Shown here piece after piece: positions 8,376-17,162 of a stretch of DNA of 64,000 nucleotides (the first letter of the stretch is position 1; every line of letters starts with the position of its first letter). This stretch comes from Clostridiales bacterium (GTDB taxonomy: Bacteria > Bacillota > Clostridia > Lachnospirales > Lachnospiraceae): assembly GCA_029007785.1 (NCBI GenBank), contig JAQXIM010000137.1:4429-68428 (forward strand). Reading direction: 5' to 3'. The translations under genes and the position numbers were made by a program. Under the pieces are notes generated by a model that worked only from the letters and a program-made list of their open reading frames with translations, ran no database searches and was not told the DNA's origin.

Positions 8376-8699
8376 AATGTTTCGTTTCCTCTCAGACAGA
8401 TTGTGTATCTTCATATACTTTTTCTGTTTTTTATCATAACATGAGAAAAATATCTCCGCAAGTGCTTAGAAATCTCCGGGCTCCGGGTATCCGGAACAGA
8501 TCTTCTTTTATATCTTCTTTTATATAAGATTGGAAATTTCATTATTATTAAAAATGTGATATACTCAAACGAGAATAACGCAGCTCTTTTCATGGCATGG
8601 AGATAAAATTCTCTTGAAACCAATGTCATATCATATATGAGTTGACTGACAAATGAGCTTAAAATGCAAAGTGCGGACAGCAAGAGGAGGGACAAGGAA

Positions 8700-9761
8700 A
8701 TGGGTGAAAAAATAGAATTCTGCAGAGGCGGCGGCTGTACGGCGAAGCTGGGACCGGGAATTTTGAATCGGGTTCTGGAACGTTTGCCCAAAGGTCCAAG
8801 AGATGAAAATTTGCTGATAGGATATGACAGCAGGGATGATGCGGCAGTTTATCGGATTTCCGACGACACGGCAATCGTGCAGACCCTTGACTTTTTCCCT
8901 CCTATGGTGGATGATCCCTACACTTTTGGTCAGATTGCAGCGGCCAATGCCCTCAGTGACATCTTCGCCATGGGCGGAGACGTGAAAACGGCACTGAATA
9001 TTGTGTGCTTCCCGGAAAAAATGGATTTGAATATTCTTGGGGCAATCATGCAGGGAGGTGCAGAGAAGGTCATCGAAGCCGGAGGAACTCTTGCCGGAGG
9101 CCACTCCATTGCCGATCAGGATGTGAAATATGGATTATCTGTGACAGGAGTTGTAAATCCAAATCGAGCTCTTGCCAACAACAGCGGTCAACCGGGAGAC
9201 AAACTGATTCTTACAAAACCTTTGGGAGTAGGAATTATCTGTACAGCAAACCGGGTGGGAGAAGCATCGAAAGAGGCCATGGAGGCGGCTGTAAATTCCA
9301 TGACAAAGCTGAATCGGAGTGCTTCGGAAATCTTTCGCCGTCATCCGATCCACGCATGTACGGACGTAACCGGATTTGGTCTTCTTGGTCATCTTCATGA
9401 AATGCTGGACGGAAAACTGACAGCGGTGATTTATGCCAAAGAGGTTCCGGTCATTTCCCAGGCTTTTACTTATGCCGATGATTTTCTGCTGACGGCAGCA
9501 GGTCAGAGAAACCGAAACCATATGGAATCTTATGTGGATTTTCGGGAAATCTCTTTTGCCATGGAAGAAGTTCTCTTTGATCCCCAGACATCCGGCGGCC
9601 TTCTGGCAGCAGTTCCTCCGGAAGCGGCAGAAGAAATTCTGGCAGAACTGGGTGAGGCAGGATTGGAAGCCAAAGTAATTGGAGCACTGGGGGACGTCAA
9701 GGAGAATATCAAGTCCGGTGGGAAGGAAATTGTGGTAATGGAAAACCAACCACTGATATAA
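8700..9761 (+). CDS. selD: Selenide, water dikinase (selenophosphate synthetase), Cys-type
   Basis: N-terminal [14 protein letters not shown] (Cys, not Sec/UGA), DDAAVY, and PurM/AIR-synthase-like domains. GAGGAGG SD is upstream. An alternative start is at 8664. Confidence 0.9.
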   Translation: MGEKIEFCRGGGCTAKLGPGILNRVLERLPKGPRDENLLIGYDSRDDAAVYRISDDTAIVQTLDFFPPMVDDPYTFGQIAAANALSDIFAMGGDVKTALNIVCFPEKMDLNILGAIMQGGAEKVIEAGGTLAGGHSIADQDVKYGLSVTGVVNPNRALANNSGQPGDKLILTKPLGVGIICTANRVGEASKEAMEAAVNSMTKLNRSASEIFRRHPIHACTDVTGFGLLGHLHEMLDGKLTAVIYAKEVPVISQAFTYADDFLLTAAGQRNRNHMESYVDFREISFAMEEVLFDPQTSGGLLAAVPPEAAEEILAELGEAGLEAKVIGALGDVKENIKSGGKEIVVMENQPLI

Positions 9762-9802
9762 AAAACAGAAAACGTAAGAAACGAAATAAAGGGGGACTAA
9801 TT

Positions 9803-10450
9803 ATGCTGAAAGTAAATGCCATGGGAGATGCCTGTCCCATTCCTGTTGTAAAGACGAAACAGGCAATCAGGGAACTGAACGGATCTGGTGAAGTAGAAGT
9901 ATTGGTGGACAATGAAATTGCAGTGCAGAATCTGACAAAGATGGCAAAGCAGAAAGGCTATGCCATTCGTTCCAGCAAACTGGAAGAAGGAAAATTCCAG
10001 GTAAATCTTGTGATTGCCGATGAAAATCCGGAAGTTTCCGGGAATGCCGGAAATGATGGACATGGGGAAGAGACAGAGAATTCGGAAGAGACCATCTGTA
10101 TTCCGGATCAGAGGAAACGCACGGTGGTGGTTATCTCCTCCAATCAGATGGGACACGGCGATGAAGTACTGGGAAAAATGCTGATGAAAGGCTTTATTTT
10201 CGCATTGACTCAGCAGGATGCGCTTCCCGGCACGATTCTCTTCTACAACGGAGGAGCCTTTCTGACCTGTGAAGAGTCAGCATCTCTGGAGGATCTTCGT
10301 TTGCTGGAATCCCAGGGAGTGGAAATTCTGACCTGCGGCACCTGCCTGAATCATTATGGATTGGCAGATAAACTTAAGATCGGCGGTGTCACCAATATGT
10401 ATGAAATTACAGAAAAGATGATGCAGGCAGAAAGCATCGTGAAGCCATGA
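9803..10450 (+). CDS. yedF: YedF-type selenium metabolism protein (TusA/SirA-like N-domain plus DsrE-like C-domain)
   Basis: CPxP motif GDACPIPVV in the N-domain. The C-domain reads VVVISSNQMGHGDEVLG...ILTCGTCLNHYGL. Confidence 0.8.
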   Translation: MLKVNAMGDACPIPVVKTKQAIRELNGSGEVEVLVDNEIAVQNLTKMAKQKGYAIRSSKLEEGKFQVNLVIADENPEVSGNAGNDGHGEETENSEETICIPDQRKRTVVVISSNQMGHGDEVLGKMLMKGFIFALTQQDALPGTILFYNGGAFLTCEESASLEDLRLLESQGVEILTCGTCLNHYGLADKLKIGGVTNMYEITEKMMQAESIVKP

Positions 10451-11586
10451 TTTATATGGATAATGCGGCCACATCCTGGCCGAAACCGATACAGGTGGAA
10501 GAACGTATGGTGGAAGCCCTTCGAACCTTCGGAAACGGAGGCCGGGGGGCTCATGGCTCTGCTTTGACAGCGGCCAGAATGATTTATGATACCAGAGAAA
10601 TGCTGGCAGAGCTTTTCGGAGCGAGTGATCCTTCTCGAATTGCCTTTACAGCCAATTCCACTGCTTCGCTGAACATGGCCATCCAGGGTCTTCTGGTACC
10701 GGGAGATCATGTCATTACAACAGAATGTGAACATAATTCTGTCTTAAGACCCTTATATCGCCTGGAAAAACAGGGGGTAGAATTATCCATTCTAAAGGCG
10801 GATAAAAACGGTATACTGCAGTACGAAAATCTGGAGAAACTTTACCGTCCCAATACCCGGGCTGTTGTGATCACTCATGCTTCAAATCTGACGGGAAATG
10901 TGACACAGCTTTCCAGAATATCCTCTTTTACCCAGCGTCATGGTCTTCTTCTGATTATGGACGCCTCTCAGACTGCCGGTGTTCTTCCCATCTATGTGGA
11001 AGAAATGGGAATCGATGTGCTCTGCTTTACCGGCCATAAAAGTCTGCGGGGACCCCAGGGGATTGGCGGAATTTGGGTGAGAGACGGTTTGGAAATCCGG
11101 CCTCTGTCTGTGGGAGGGAGCGGAATCAGGAGTTTTGATCGGACTCATCCCAACACCATGCCGGAAGCTTTGGAAGCCGGTACGCTGAACAGCCATGGCA
11201 TTGCCGGTTTATATGGTGCACTTCAGTATTTGAACGAAATGGGTATTCCTGTTATTTATGAAAAAGAAATGAAGCTGACCCGTCGGTTTGCCGAGGGAGT
11301 CGAAGCTTTGGATAATGTGAAGCTGTACGGATCCGGACTTCACGAAGAACAGATGCGGGTTCCCATTGTATCATTGAATATTGGGGATTATGATTCTGCC
11401 AGCGTGGGTCAATGGCTTTGGGAGGATTATGAAATTGCGGTTCGAACCGGTGCTCACTGTGCACCGCTGATGCATAAAGCCCTGGGAACAGAAAATCAGG
11501 GGGCCGTACGTTTCAGCTTTTCTCATTATAATACAGAAGAGGAAGTAGATACTGCTATTGAGGCGATTCGAAAATATGCCTTGTAA
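10447..11586 (+). CDS. Class-V aminotransferase, cysteine desulfurase / selenocysteine lyase-like
   Basis: MDNAATSWPKP start, PLP lysine region FTGHKSL, and active-site RTGAHCAP. An ATGA overlap with yedF indicates translational coupling. Confidence 0.85.
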   Translation: MIYMDNAATSWPKPIQVEERMVEALRTFGNGGRGAHGSALTAARMIYDTREMLAELFGASDPSRIAFTANSTASLNMAIQGLLVPGDHVITTECEHNSVLRPLYRLEKQGVELSILKADKNGILQYENLEKLYRPNTRAVVITHASNLTGNVTQLSRISSFTQRHGLLLIMDASQTAGVLPIYVEEMGIDVLCFTGHKSLRGPQGIGGIWVRDGLEIRPLSVGGSGIRSFDRTHPNTMPEALEAGTLNSHGIAGLYGALQYLNEMGIPVIYEKEMKLTRRFAEGVEALDNVKLYGSGLHEEQMRVPIVSLNIGDYDSASVGQWLWEDYEIAVRTGAHCAPLMHKALGTENQGAVRFSFSHYNTEEEVDTAIEAIRKYAL

Positions 11587-11714
11587 TCAGGTATGAGAGC
11601 TTAGAAATTCTGTCATAAATATCTGGTCAGAAAGGCATGGACAGAGAGTTATCATCAGGTATTTTGTCATGGAATGGAGCAAAAACCGGACAGATACAAA
11701 AGGGGATCGATCAA

Positions 11715-12125
11715 ATGAGTGAACTGACATATAAGGTAAGGCTTCGAATCTATAAGGACGATCTGGTTTTCGGTCCTGGAATTGCCAGACTGATGCAGGG
11801 AATCGAAGAGACGGGCTCCATGTCGGAGGCTTGCCGGAGTATGGGGATGGCCTACTCCAAAGGCTGGAAGATTATCAAGCGGGCCCAGCAGGAACTGGGA
11901 TATCCCCTGATTGAGGGAACCAGAGGCGGAGCCAACGGAGGAAAAATGATTCTCACTGCCCAGGGAAAGGATTTTCTGGATCATTACCTTTCCTTTGAGG
12001 AAGCGGTGGAAAAAGCGGCGCAGGATTTATTTCTAAAACACATGACCGGATGGGAAAATCCATGCATTCCTATGGATCGGTCTGCAGAAAATAAGAATGT
12101 GAGAAAAACGATGGACGAAGCCTGA
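11715..12125 (+). CDS. ModE N-terminal-like winged-helix regulator
   Basis: GSMSEACRSMGMAYSKGWKIIKRAQQELGYPLIEGTRGGANGGKMILT resembles the ModE/LysR-type HTH followed by a G-rich turn. The ORF could start earlier, at 11637. Confidence 0.7.
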   Translation: MSELTYKVRLRIYKDDLVFGPGIARLMQGIEETGSMSEACRSMGMAYSKGWKIIKRAQQELGYPLIEGTRGGANGGKMILTAQGKDFLDHYLSFEEAVEKAAQDLFLKHMTGWENPCIPMDRSAENKNVRKTMDEA

Positions 12126-12170
12126 CGCATAAAAATTGAAAGATGGAAGGAAGTAAATGAGAACGGGCAA

Positions 12171-12407
12171 ATGAGAGAAAAACGTGCGTATCATGTGATT
12201 ACATTTCAGACGACCACGGAAGCCATGGCCATGGAGAAATTCTGTGAGACGAATCATCTTTCCGGAAGGATGATTCCTGTTCCAAGGGAAATATCGGCAG
12301 GCTGCGGATTGGCCTGGAGAGTTTCTTCCGAAGAATTTCCGAAGTGGTTGAAGCATGTATCTGAAACTTCGCTTCGGTATGAAAAGGTTACGGAGTTAAT
12401 GATGTGA
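12171..12407 (+). CDS. DUF3343-like small protein (putative Se/S carrier)
   Basis: 78 aa. ITFQTTTEAMAMEK...RMIPVPREISAGCGLAW matches my recollection of the DUF3343 pattern with a single conserved Cys. Confidence 0.7.
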   Translation: MREKRAYHVITFQTTTEAMAMEKFCETNHLSGRMIPVPREISAGCGLAWRVSSEEFPKWLKHVSETSLRYEKVTELMM

Positions 12408-12452
12408 GAGAGAATCCAAAAGGAACAGCATTGAAAGAAGGAGAGAAGTGAT

Positions 12453-13277
12453 ATGGCAGATGAGGCTGTAATTCTTGTCAGGGGAGCGGGAGACATTGCC
12501 ACCGGGACGATTCATCGTCTATGGTCTGCCGGATTTCGGGTCATTGCCCTGGAAACAGAATTTCCGGCAGCGATTCGGCGTCAGGTCGCTTTTGGCGAAG
12601 CGATTTACGAAGGTGAGATAGTGGTAGAAGGTGTGAAAGCGGTTCGGATTTCCGCCTGGCAGGAAGCAGAGGCAGCTTGGAGCCAGGGAGCGGTTCCTGT
12701 GCTGGTGGATCCCCAGGGGGAATGCGTGAATCAGCTTCATCCCATGGCAGTAGTCGATGCCATTTTAGCCAAGAAGAATCTGGGAACCAACAAAGGTATG
12801 GCGGAATTGACCATTGCTCTGGGTCCCGGCTTTATTGCAGGAGAAGATGTGGATGTGGTCATTGAAACCATGCGGGGACACAATCTGGGACGAATTATCC
12901 GAAGCGGTTCCGCCCTGGCGAATACCGGTGTGCCCGGTGTAATTGGCGGGTATGGTGCGGAGCGTGTTATCCATGCTCCGGAAAAAGGGATTTGCAGAAA
13001 TGTCGCTCAGATCGGTGATTTTGTGACAGAAGGGGAAGTGATTGCCTGGATTGAGCAGGAAAAAGAACGGATTCCGGTAAACGCTTCCATTACGGGACTT
13101 TTGAGGGGGCTGATACGGGATGGATATCCTGTTGTAAAGGGCTTCAAAATTGCAGATATTGATCCAAGAAAAACGGAAGCGGCCAATTGTTTTACCATAT
13201 CCGATAAAGCAAGATGTATTGGAGGCAGTGTTCTGGAACTGGTCTGCGGTTATCAGGCATCTCATCAGAAAAAATGA
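12453..13277 (+). CDS. yqeB: YqeB-family selenium-dependent molybdenum hydroxylase maturation protein
   Basis: 274 aa. VRGAGDIATG Rossmann-like start, TIALGPGF, and GVPGVIGGYG..RVI.AP, with the context expected for the EF2563/YqeB family. Confidence 0.75.
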   Translation: MADEAVILVRGAGDIATGTIHRLWSAGFRVIALETEFPAAIRRQVAFGEAIYEGEIVVEGVKAVRISAWQEAEAAWSQGAVPVLVDPQGECVNQLHPMAVVDAILAKKNLGTNKGMAELTIALGPGFIAGEDVDVVIETMRGHNLGRIIRSGSALANTGVPGVIGGYGAERVIHAPEKGICRNVAQIGDFVTEGEVIAWIEQEKERIPVNASITGLLRGLIRDGYPVVKGFKIADIDPRKTEAANCFTISDKARCIGGSVLELVCGYQASHQKK

Positions 13278-13351
13278 TTTTCGATGGAAGATCATTGCTC
13301 GAAGTGTGACGAATGCAGCTGCCGTGAATCCATACATGGTCAGGGATGCAG

Positions 13352-13453
13352 GCAATAGGAAAGATGAGGAAGACAAGTATGAAAAAGTGAGAAGGAGATA
13401 CGCCAGCGATTTGTGCCGCAATAGGAAAGATGAGGAAGACAAGTATGAAAAAG
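13352..13453. repeat. 36-nt duplication (period 66 nt) of the SD plus start-codon region of the MoeA-like gene
   Basis: gcaataggaaagatgaggaagacaagtatgaaaaag occurs at 13352-13387 and identically at 13418-13453. Confidence 0.95.
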
Positions 13454-14470
13454 ATGAAAACAGAAGAAGCCGTGGGGCAGGTTCTCTGTCATGATATCAC
13501 TCAGATTATTCCGGGTGTAACGAAGGATGCTGTATTTCGAAAAGGCCACATCATTCAGGAAGAGGATATTCCTGTCCTTTTGAGTGTAGGAAAGGATTAC
13601 ATTTATATCTGGGAAAATGACGAAAATATGCTGCATGAAAATGATGCTGCCCGGATTCTTTACGAGATGTGCAGAAATGACAATATGTATCCTTCGGAAG
13701 TAAAGGAAGGAAAGATCGAAATCCTTGCAGAATGCGATGGTCTTTTGAAGGTGGATCGTCAAAAGCTTTTTCAGGTCAACAGTCTGGGAGAAATGATGAT
13801 TGCCTCCCGTCATGGAAATACGGTGGTGCGGAAAGGGGACAAGCTGGCAGGTACCAGAATTATTCCGTTGGTAATTCAGAAAGAAAAAATGGCAAAGGCG
13901 CAGAATCTTTGTCAGGATCATCCGATTCTGACCCTTCTTCCTTTCAAAAAGAAAAAAGCTGCCGTTATTACCACAGGAAATGAAGTGTATTATGGAAGAA
14001 TTCAGGACAGCTTTACACCGGTAATTCGCCAGAAGCTGGCAGAGTATGACACGGAAGTCATTCGCCATCGGATTTTAGATGACAATCCGGAAAAGATTAC
14101 GGCAGAATGTCTGGAATCCATCAGAGAAGGGGCTGACCTTGTGATCTGTACCGGAGGCATGAGTGTGGACCCGGATGATAAGACGCCTCTGGCCATAAAG
14201 AATACTGGTGCAAGGATTGTATCCTATGGTTCACCGGTGCTTCCCGGTGCCATGTTTCTTTTGTCTTATTATCAGCACCGAATTCCGATTCTTGGTTTGC
14301 CGGGCTGTGTTATGTATGCAAAACGTACCATTTTTGATCTGGTTCTGCCCAGAATTATGGCGGATGATCCCATCACTGCAGACGAACTGGCTTCCCTGGG
14401 AGAAGGCGGCTTATGTCTGTCCTGTCCGGAATGTACATTCCCCAACTGTGGTTTTGGGAAAGGTTGGTAA
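13445..14470 (+). CDS. Molybdopterin-binding MoeA-like protein (MoCF_biosynth domain, C-terminal Cys cluster)
   Basis: TGGMSVDPDD motif in a MogA/MoeA-type fold, and C-terminal CLSCPECTFPNC. The GAGGAAG SD favours ATG 13445; the ORF opens at 13430. Confidence 0.8.
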   Translation: MKKMKTEEAVGQVLCHDITQIIPGVTKDAVFRKGHIIQEEDIPVLLSVGKDYIYIWENDENMLHENDAARILYEMCRNDNMYPSEVKEGKIEILAECDGLLKVDRQKLFQVNSLGEMMIASRHGNTVVRKGDKLAGTRIIPLVIQKEKMAKAQNLCQDHPILTLLPFKKKKAAVITTGNEVYYGRIQDSFTPVIRQKLAEYDTEVIRHRILDDNPEKITAECLESIREGADLVICTGGMSVDPDDKTPLAIKNTGARIVSYGSPVLPGAMFLLSYYQHRIPILGLPGCVMYAKRTIFDLVLPRIMADDPITADELASLGEGGLCLSCPECTFPNCGFGKGW

Positions 14471-14512
14471 TGAAAAATTCCCTATTTCTTCAGTAAGCGG
14501 AGAGATGCCATT

Positions 14513-15502
14513 ATGAAAGATCAATACGGACGCGCGATTACGTATATGCGCATTTCGATCACAGATCGCTGTAATCTACACTGTCAGTACTGTATGCCTG
14601 GAGAACCAAAACAGATTCCCAGAGAAGAAATTCTTTCCTATGAGGAAATATGTCAGACGGCAGAGGCAGCGGTGAATCTGGGAATCACACATTTTCGTAT
14701 CACCGGCGGAGAACCCCTCGTTCGAAAGGATTGTTTTCGTTTGATCCGGATGCTTCATCAGATTAACGGAGTGGAGCGGGTCAGTATGACAACGAATGGT
14801 GTTCTTCTCTTTTCGTTTATGAATGAACTGGCATCGGCAGGTCTGGATGATGTAAATGTCAGTCTGGATACCCTGAATCGGGGAGAATTTTTACATCTCA
14901 CCGGAAAGGACAGCCTTTCCTCCGTACTGGAAGGAATTGAGGCTGCTGTGGAGAGCGGAATTCCGGTCAAGCTCAATGCCGTCAATCGCCGGGGAATGGA
15001 TTGGAGAAGTCTGGTGTCTTATGCGGAGAGCCGGAAGATTCCCCTGCGTTTTATTGAAATGATGCCCATTGGTCATGGGAAAAATCATATGGGCAGTTCC
15101 AACGAGGAACTGCTGAAACAAATCGAGGAGATTTATGGTCCGGCCAGGCCGGTGGAAAACAGTTCCGATCCTGGAAATTTGATAATGGAAGAACAGGGAA
15201 GAGGACCGGCCCGGTATTATCGTTTTCAGAATTTGAATACGAAAATCGGTTTTATCAGTGCGATTCATCACCGATTTTGTGAAAGCTGCAATCGTGTACG
15301 CTTGTCTTCCACGGGATATCTGAAGGCCTGCCTTTGCTATCAGCAGGGAGCAGATCTTCGGCCGATTCTGAGGGATCCGGCTCAATCTGACGATTTGGTG
15401 AGGGTGATGAGAGAGGTGATTTACCGGAAACCCAGAGAACATGATTTTGACCATATGAAAAACATAACAGAAAAAAAATCGATGAACCGGATTGGCGGAT
15501 GA
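14513..15502 (+). CDS. moaA: GTP 3',8-cyclase (radical SAM, Moco biosynthesis)
   Basis: CNLHCQYC radical-SAM motif, ITGGEPL, and C-terminal CESCNRVRLSSTG auxiliary cluster region. Confidence 0.95.
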   Translation: MKDQYGRAITYMRISITDRCNLHCQYCMPGEPKQIPREEILSYEEICQTAEAAVNLGITHFRITGGEPLVRKDCFRLIRMLHQINGVERVSMTTNGVLLFSFMNELASAGLDDVNVSLDTLNRGEFLHLTGKDSLSSVLEGIEAAVESGIPVKLNAVNRRGMDWRSLVSYAESRKIPLRFIEMMPIGHGKNHMGSSNEELLKQIEEIYGPARPVENSSDPGNLIMEEQGRGPARYYRFQNLNTKIGFISAIHHRFCESCNRVRLSSTGYLKACLCYQQGADLRPILRDPAQSDDLVRVMREVIYRKPREHDFDHMKNITEKKSMNRIGG

Positions 15503-15604
15503 AGACATGGGGATTACGAATGTTTTTTTGATTTTGAGAGTGGGAAGCAGGAACGGCGTTGGATTCATTTGTCAGGAAATTTATGAGATGCAGTAAAGAC
15601 AAAA

Positions 15605-15670
15605 GGATGGGATCAGGATGGAATCAGGACAGGATCAGGACAGGATCAGGATGGGATCAGGAGATAAGCA
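15605..15670. repeat. Six tandem 11-nt units GGAyrGrATCA (GGA-rich), with the last unit supplying the SD of the MOSC gene
   Basis: ggatgggatca ggatggaatca ggacaggatca ggacaggatca ggatgggatca ggagataagca, followed by tt ATG at 15673. Confidence 0.95.
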
Positions 15671-15672
15671 TT

Positions 15673-16113
15673 ATGGGAACGATAAAGGCAATTTGTATCA
15701 GTGAGAAGCGCGGAACGCCCAAATATAAAGTGAACCGTGCAGAATTTGTAAAGGATTGGGGGATTCGCGGGGATGCCCACGCAGGAAACTGGCATCGGCA
15801 GGTCAGCTTTCTTTCTTTTGAAAAGATCGAAGCCTTCCGTGCAAAAGGGGCCCAGGTGGATTTTGGTGCCTTTGGAGAAAATGTGATTGCCGATGGGTTG
15901 GATTTCAAAGAACTGCCGGTGGGAACACGTCTCCGCTGTGGTGATGTGGAATTCGTGATTACACAAATCGGAAAAGAATGTCACAGTCACTGTCAGATTT
16001 TCCGGAGAATGGGAGAGTGTATTATGCCCCATGAAGGTGTATTTGCTGTGGTGGAAAAGGGCGGCTGGATCCAGGTGGGAGATCAGCTGGAACAGCTCCC
16101 CACGATTCGGTAG
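15673..16113 (+). CDS. MOSC domain-containing protein
   Basis: 146 aa. GIRGDAHAG.WHRQVS, GENV...G, and a conserved late Cys region (IGKECHSHC). Confidence 0.8.
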   Translation: MGTIKAICISEKRGTPKYKVNRAEFVKDWGIRGDAHAGNWHRQVSFLSFEKIEAFRAKGAQVDFGAFGENVIADGLDFKELPVGTRLRCGDVEFVITQIGKECHSHCQIFRRMGECIMPHEGVFAVVEKGGWIQVGDQLEQLPTIR

Positions 16114-16125
16114 GAGGAAAAAAGA

Positions 16126-17109
16126 ATGGAATCATTGTTTTCTGTACTGCAGGCCCGGCAGAATGAGGGGAAAGACAGTATGCTGGTAATGATCGTGGAT
16201 TCCGGCGGCTCTTCGCCCAGAAAAGCCGGTGCCTATATGGTTGTAGGAGAGGAAGGAATTCTTCTGGGAACCATTGGCGGCGGTAATCTGGAATATCAGG
16301 CCATGATGCGGGCACGGAATCTGCTGGGGGAGAAAAAGAACGACCAGATGAAGTACGAGCTTTCCAATCATGGAGCAGCGGAGCTGGGCATGGTCTGCGG
16401 TGGCTGGGCCAGGGTTCTTTTTTGCAGAATCAGTGGGGAATCGGAGGAAGACCGGGAACTGGTTTGCCGGGGAATGGAAGCTGCCGCCAGGCAGGAACCC
16501 TGCTGGCTTCTCCTTCCTTTTGGTGAGGGAAGGGTGAAGCTTCTGGAAATGCCGGAAGCTGATTTGGGACAAAGATCTTTTATTTTAGAAGGCCAGAATT
16601 ATTTTGGACAGCCTTTTTATTATGAAGGAAGGGTCTATATCTTCGGGGGCGGTCATGTGGCCGTGGAAACGGTGGCTCTGCTGAGTCATCTTGGTTTCCG
16701 GTGTGTTGTTGCCGATGATCGGGAAGAATTTGCAGATCCTCAGCGATTTCCGGAAGCAGAGGATACGGTATTGGTGGATTTTTCAAAACTGGAAGATTTC
16801 TTCCATTTATCCGGTGCCGATGCAGCCGTCATCATGACCCGGGGGCATCTTTGTGATACGGACGCGGAACGATTTGCCCTGAGCAGTCCGGTTGGTTATA
16901 TTGGCGTCATGGGAAGTCGGAAAAAGGCAGAATTTGTAAGAAAAAAACTGGAAGCGGAAGGATTTTCCAGGGATCAGCTGGATCGGGTGATCACGCCCAT
17001 TGGTATTGCGATTCAGGCAGAAACGCCGGCGGAAATCGCAGTCAGCATCGCAGGACAACTCATAGCCTATCGAAACGGCAGACGAAAAAAAATCCGGCCG
17101 GAAAAATGA
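16126..17109 (+). CDS. xdhC: XdhC/CoxI-family molybdenum hydroxylase accessory (cofactor insertion) protein
   Basis: N-domain SGGSSPRKAGAYMVV...GTIGGG.LE and a Rossmann domain IFGGGHVA. Confidence 0.85.
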   Translation: MESLFSVLQARQNEGKDSMLVMIVDSGGSSPRKAGAYMVVGEEGILLGTIGGGNLEYQAMMRARNLLGEKKNDQMKYELSNHGAAELGMVCGGWARVLFCRISGESEEDRELVCRGMEAAARQEPCWLLLPFGEGRVKLLEMPEADLGQRSFILEGQNYFGQPFYYEGRVYIFGGGHVAVETVALLSHLGFRCVVADDREEFADPQRFPEAEDTVLVDFSKLEDFFHLSGADAAVIMTRGHLCDTDAERFALSSPVGYIGVMGSRKKAEFVRKKLEAEGFSRDQLDRVITPIGIAIQAETPAEIAVSIAGQLIAYRNGRRKKIRPEK

Positions 17110-17162
17110 GCGGATTTCGACAGGAGGAACTCTCAATACAAAAGACAAACAAAAAAGGCAGC

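Noticed and set aside
8415-8699. Moco riboswitch upstream of selD (also checked 11587-11714 and 21395-21504)
   Set aside because: Only a vague CUCCGGGCU resemblance to the conserved CUCCGAGCC element was found, and it lies upstream of the likely promoter. The rest of the motif could not be found by eye. A covariance-model scan would be decisive.
8700-9761. Selenocysteine (in-frame UGA) in SelD or neighbouring genes
   Set aside because: The N-terminal loop reads FCRGGGC with a Cys codon. All ORFs in the cluster are continuous without an in-frame TGA, and no SECIS-like hairpin was needed to explain any gene.
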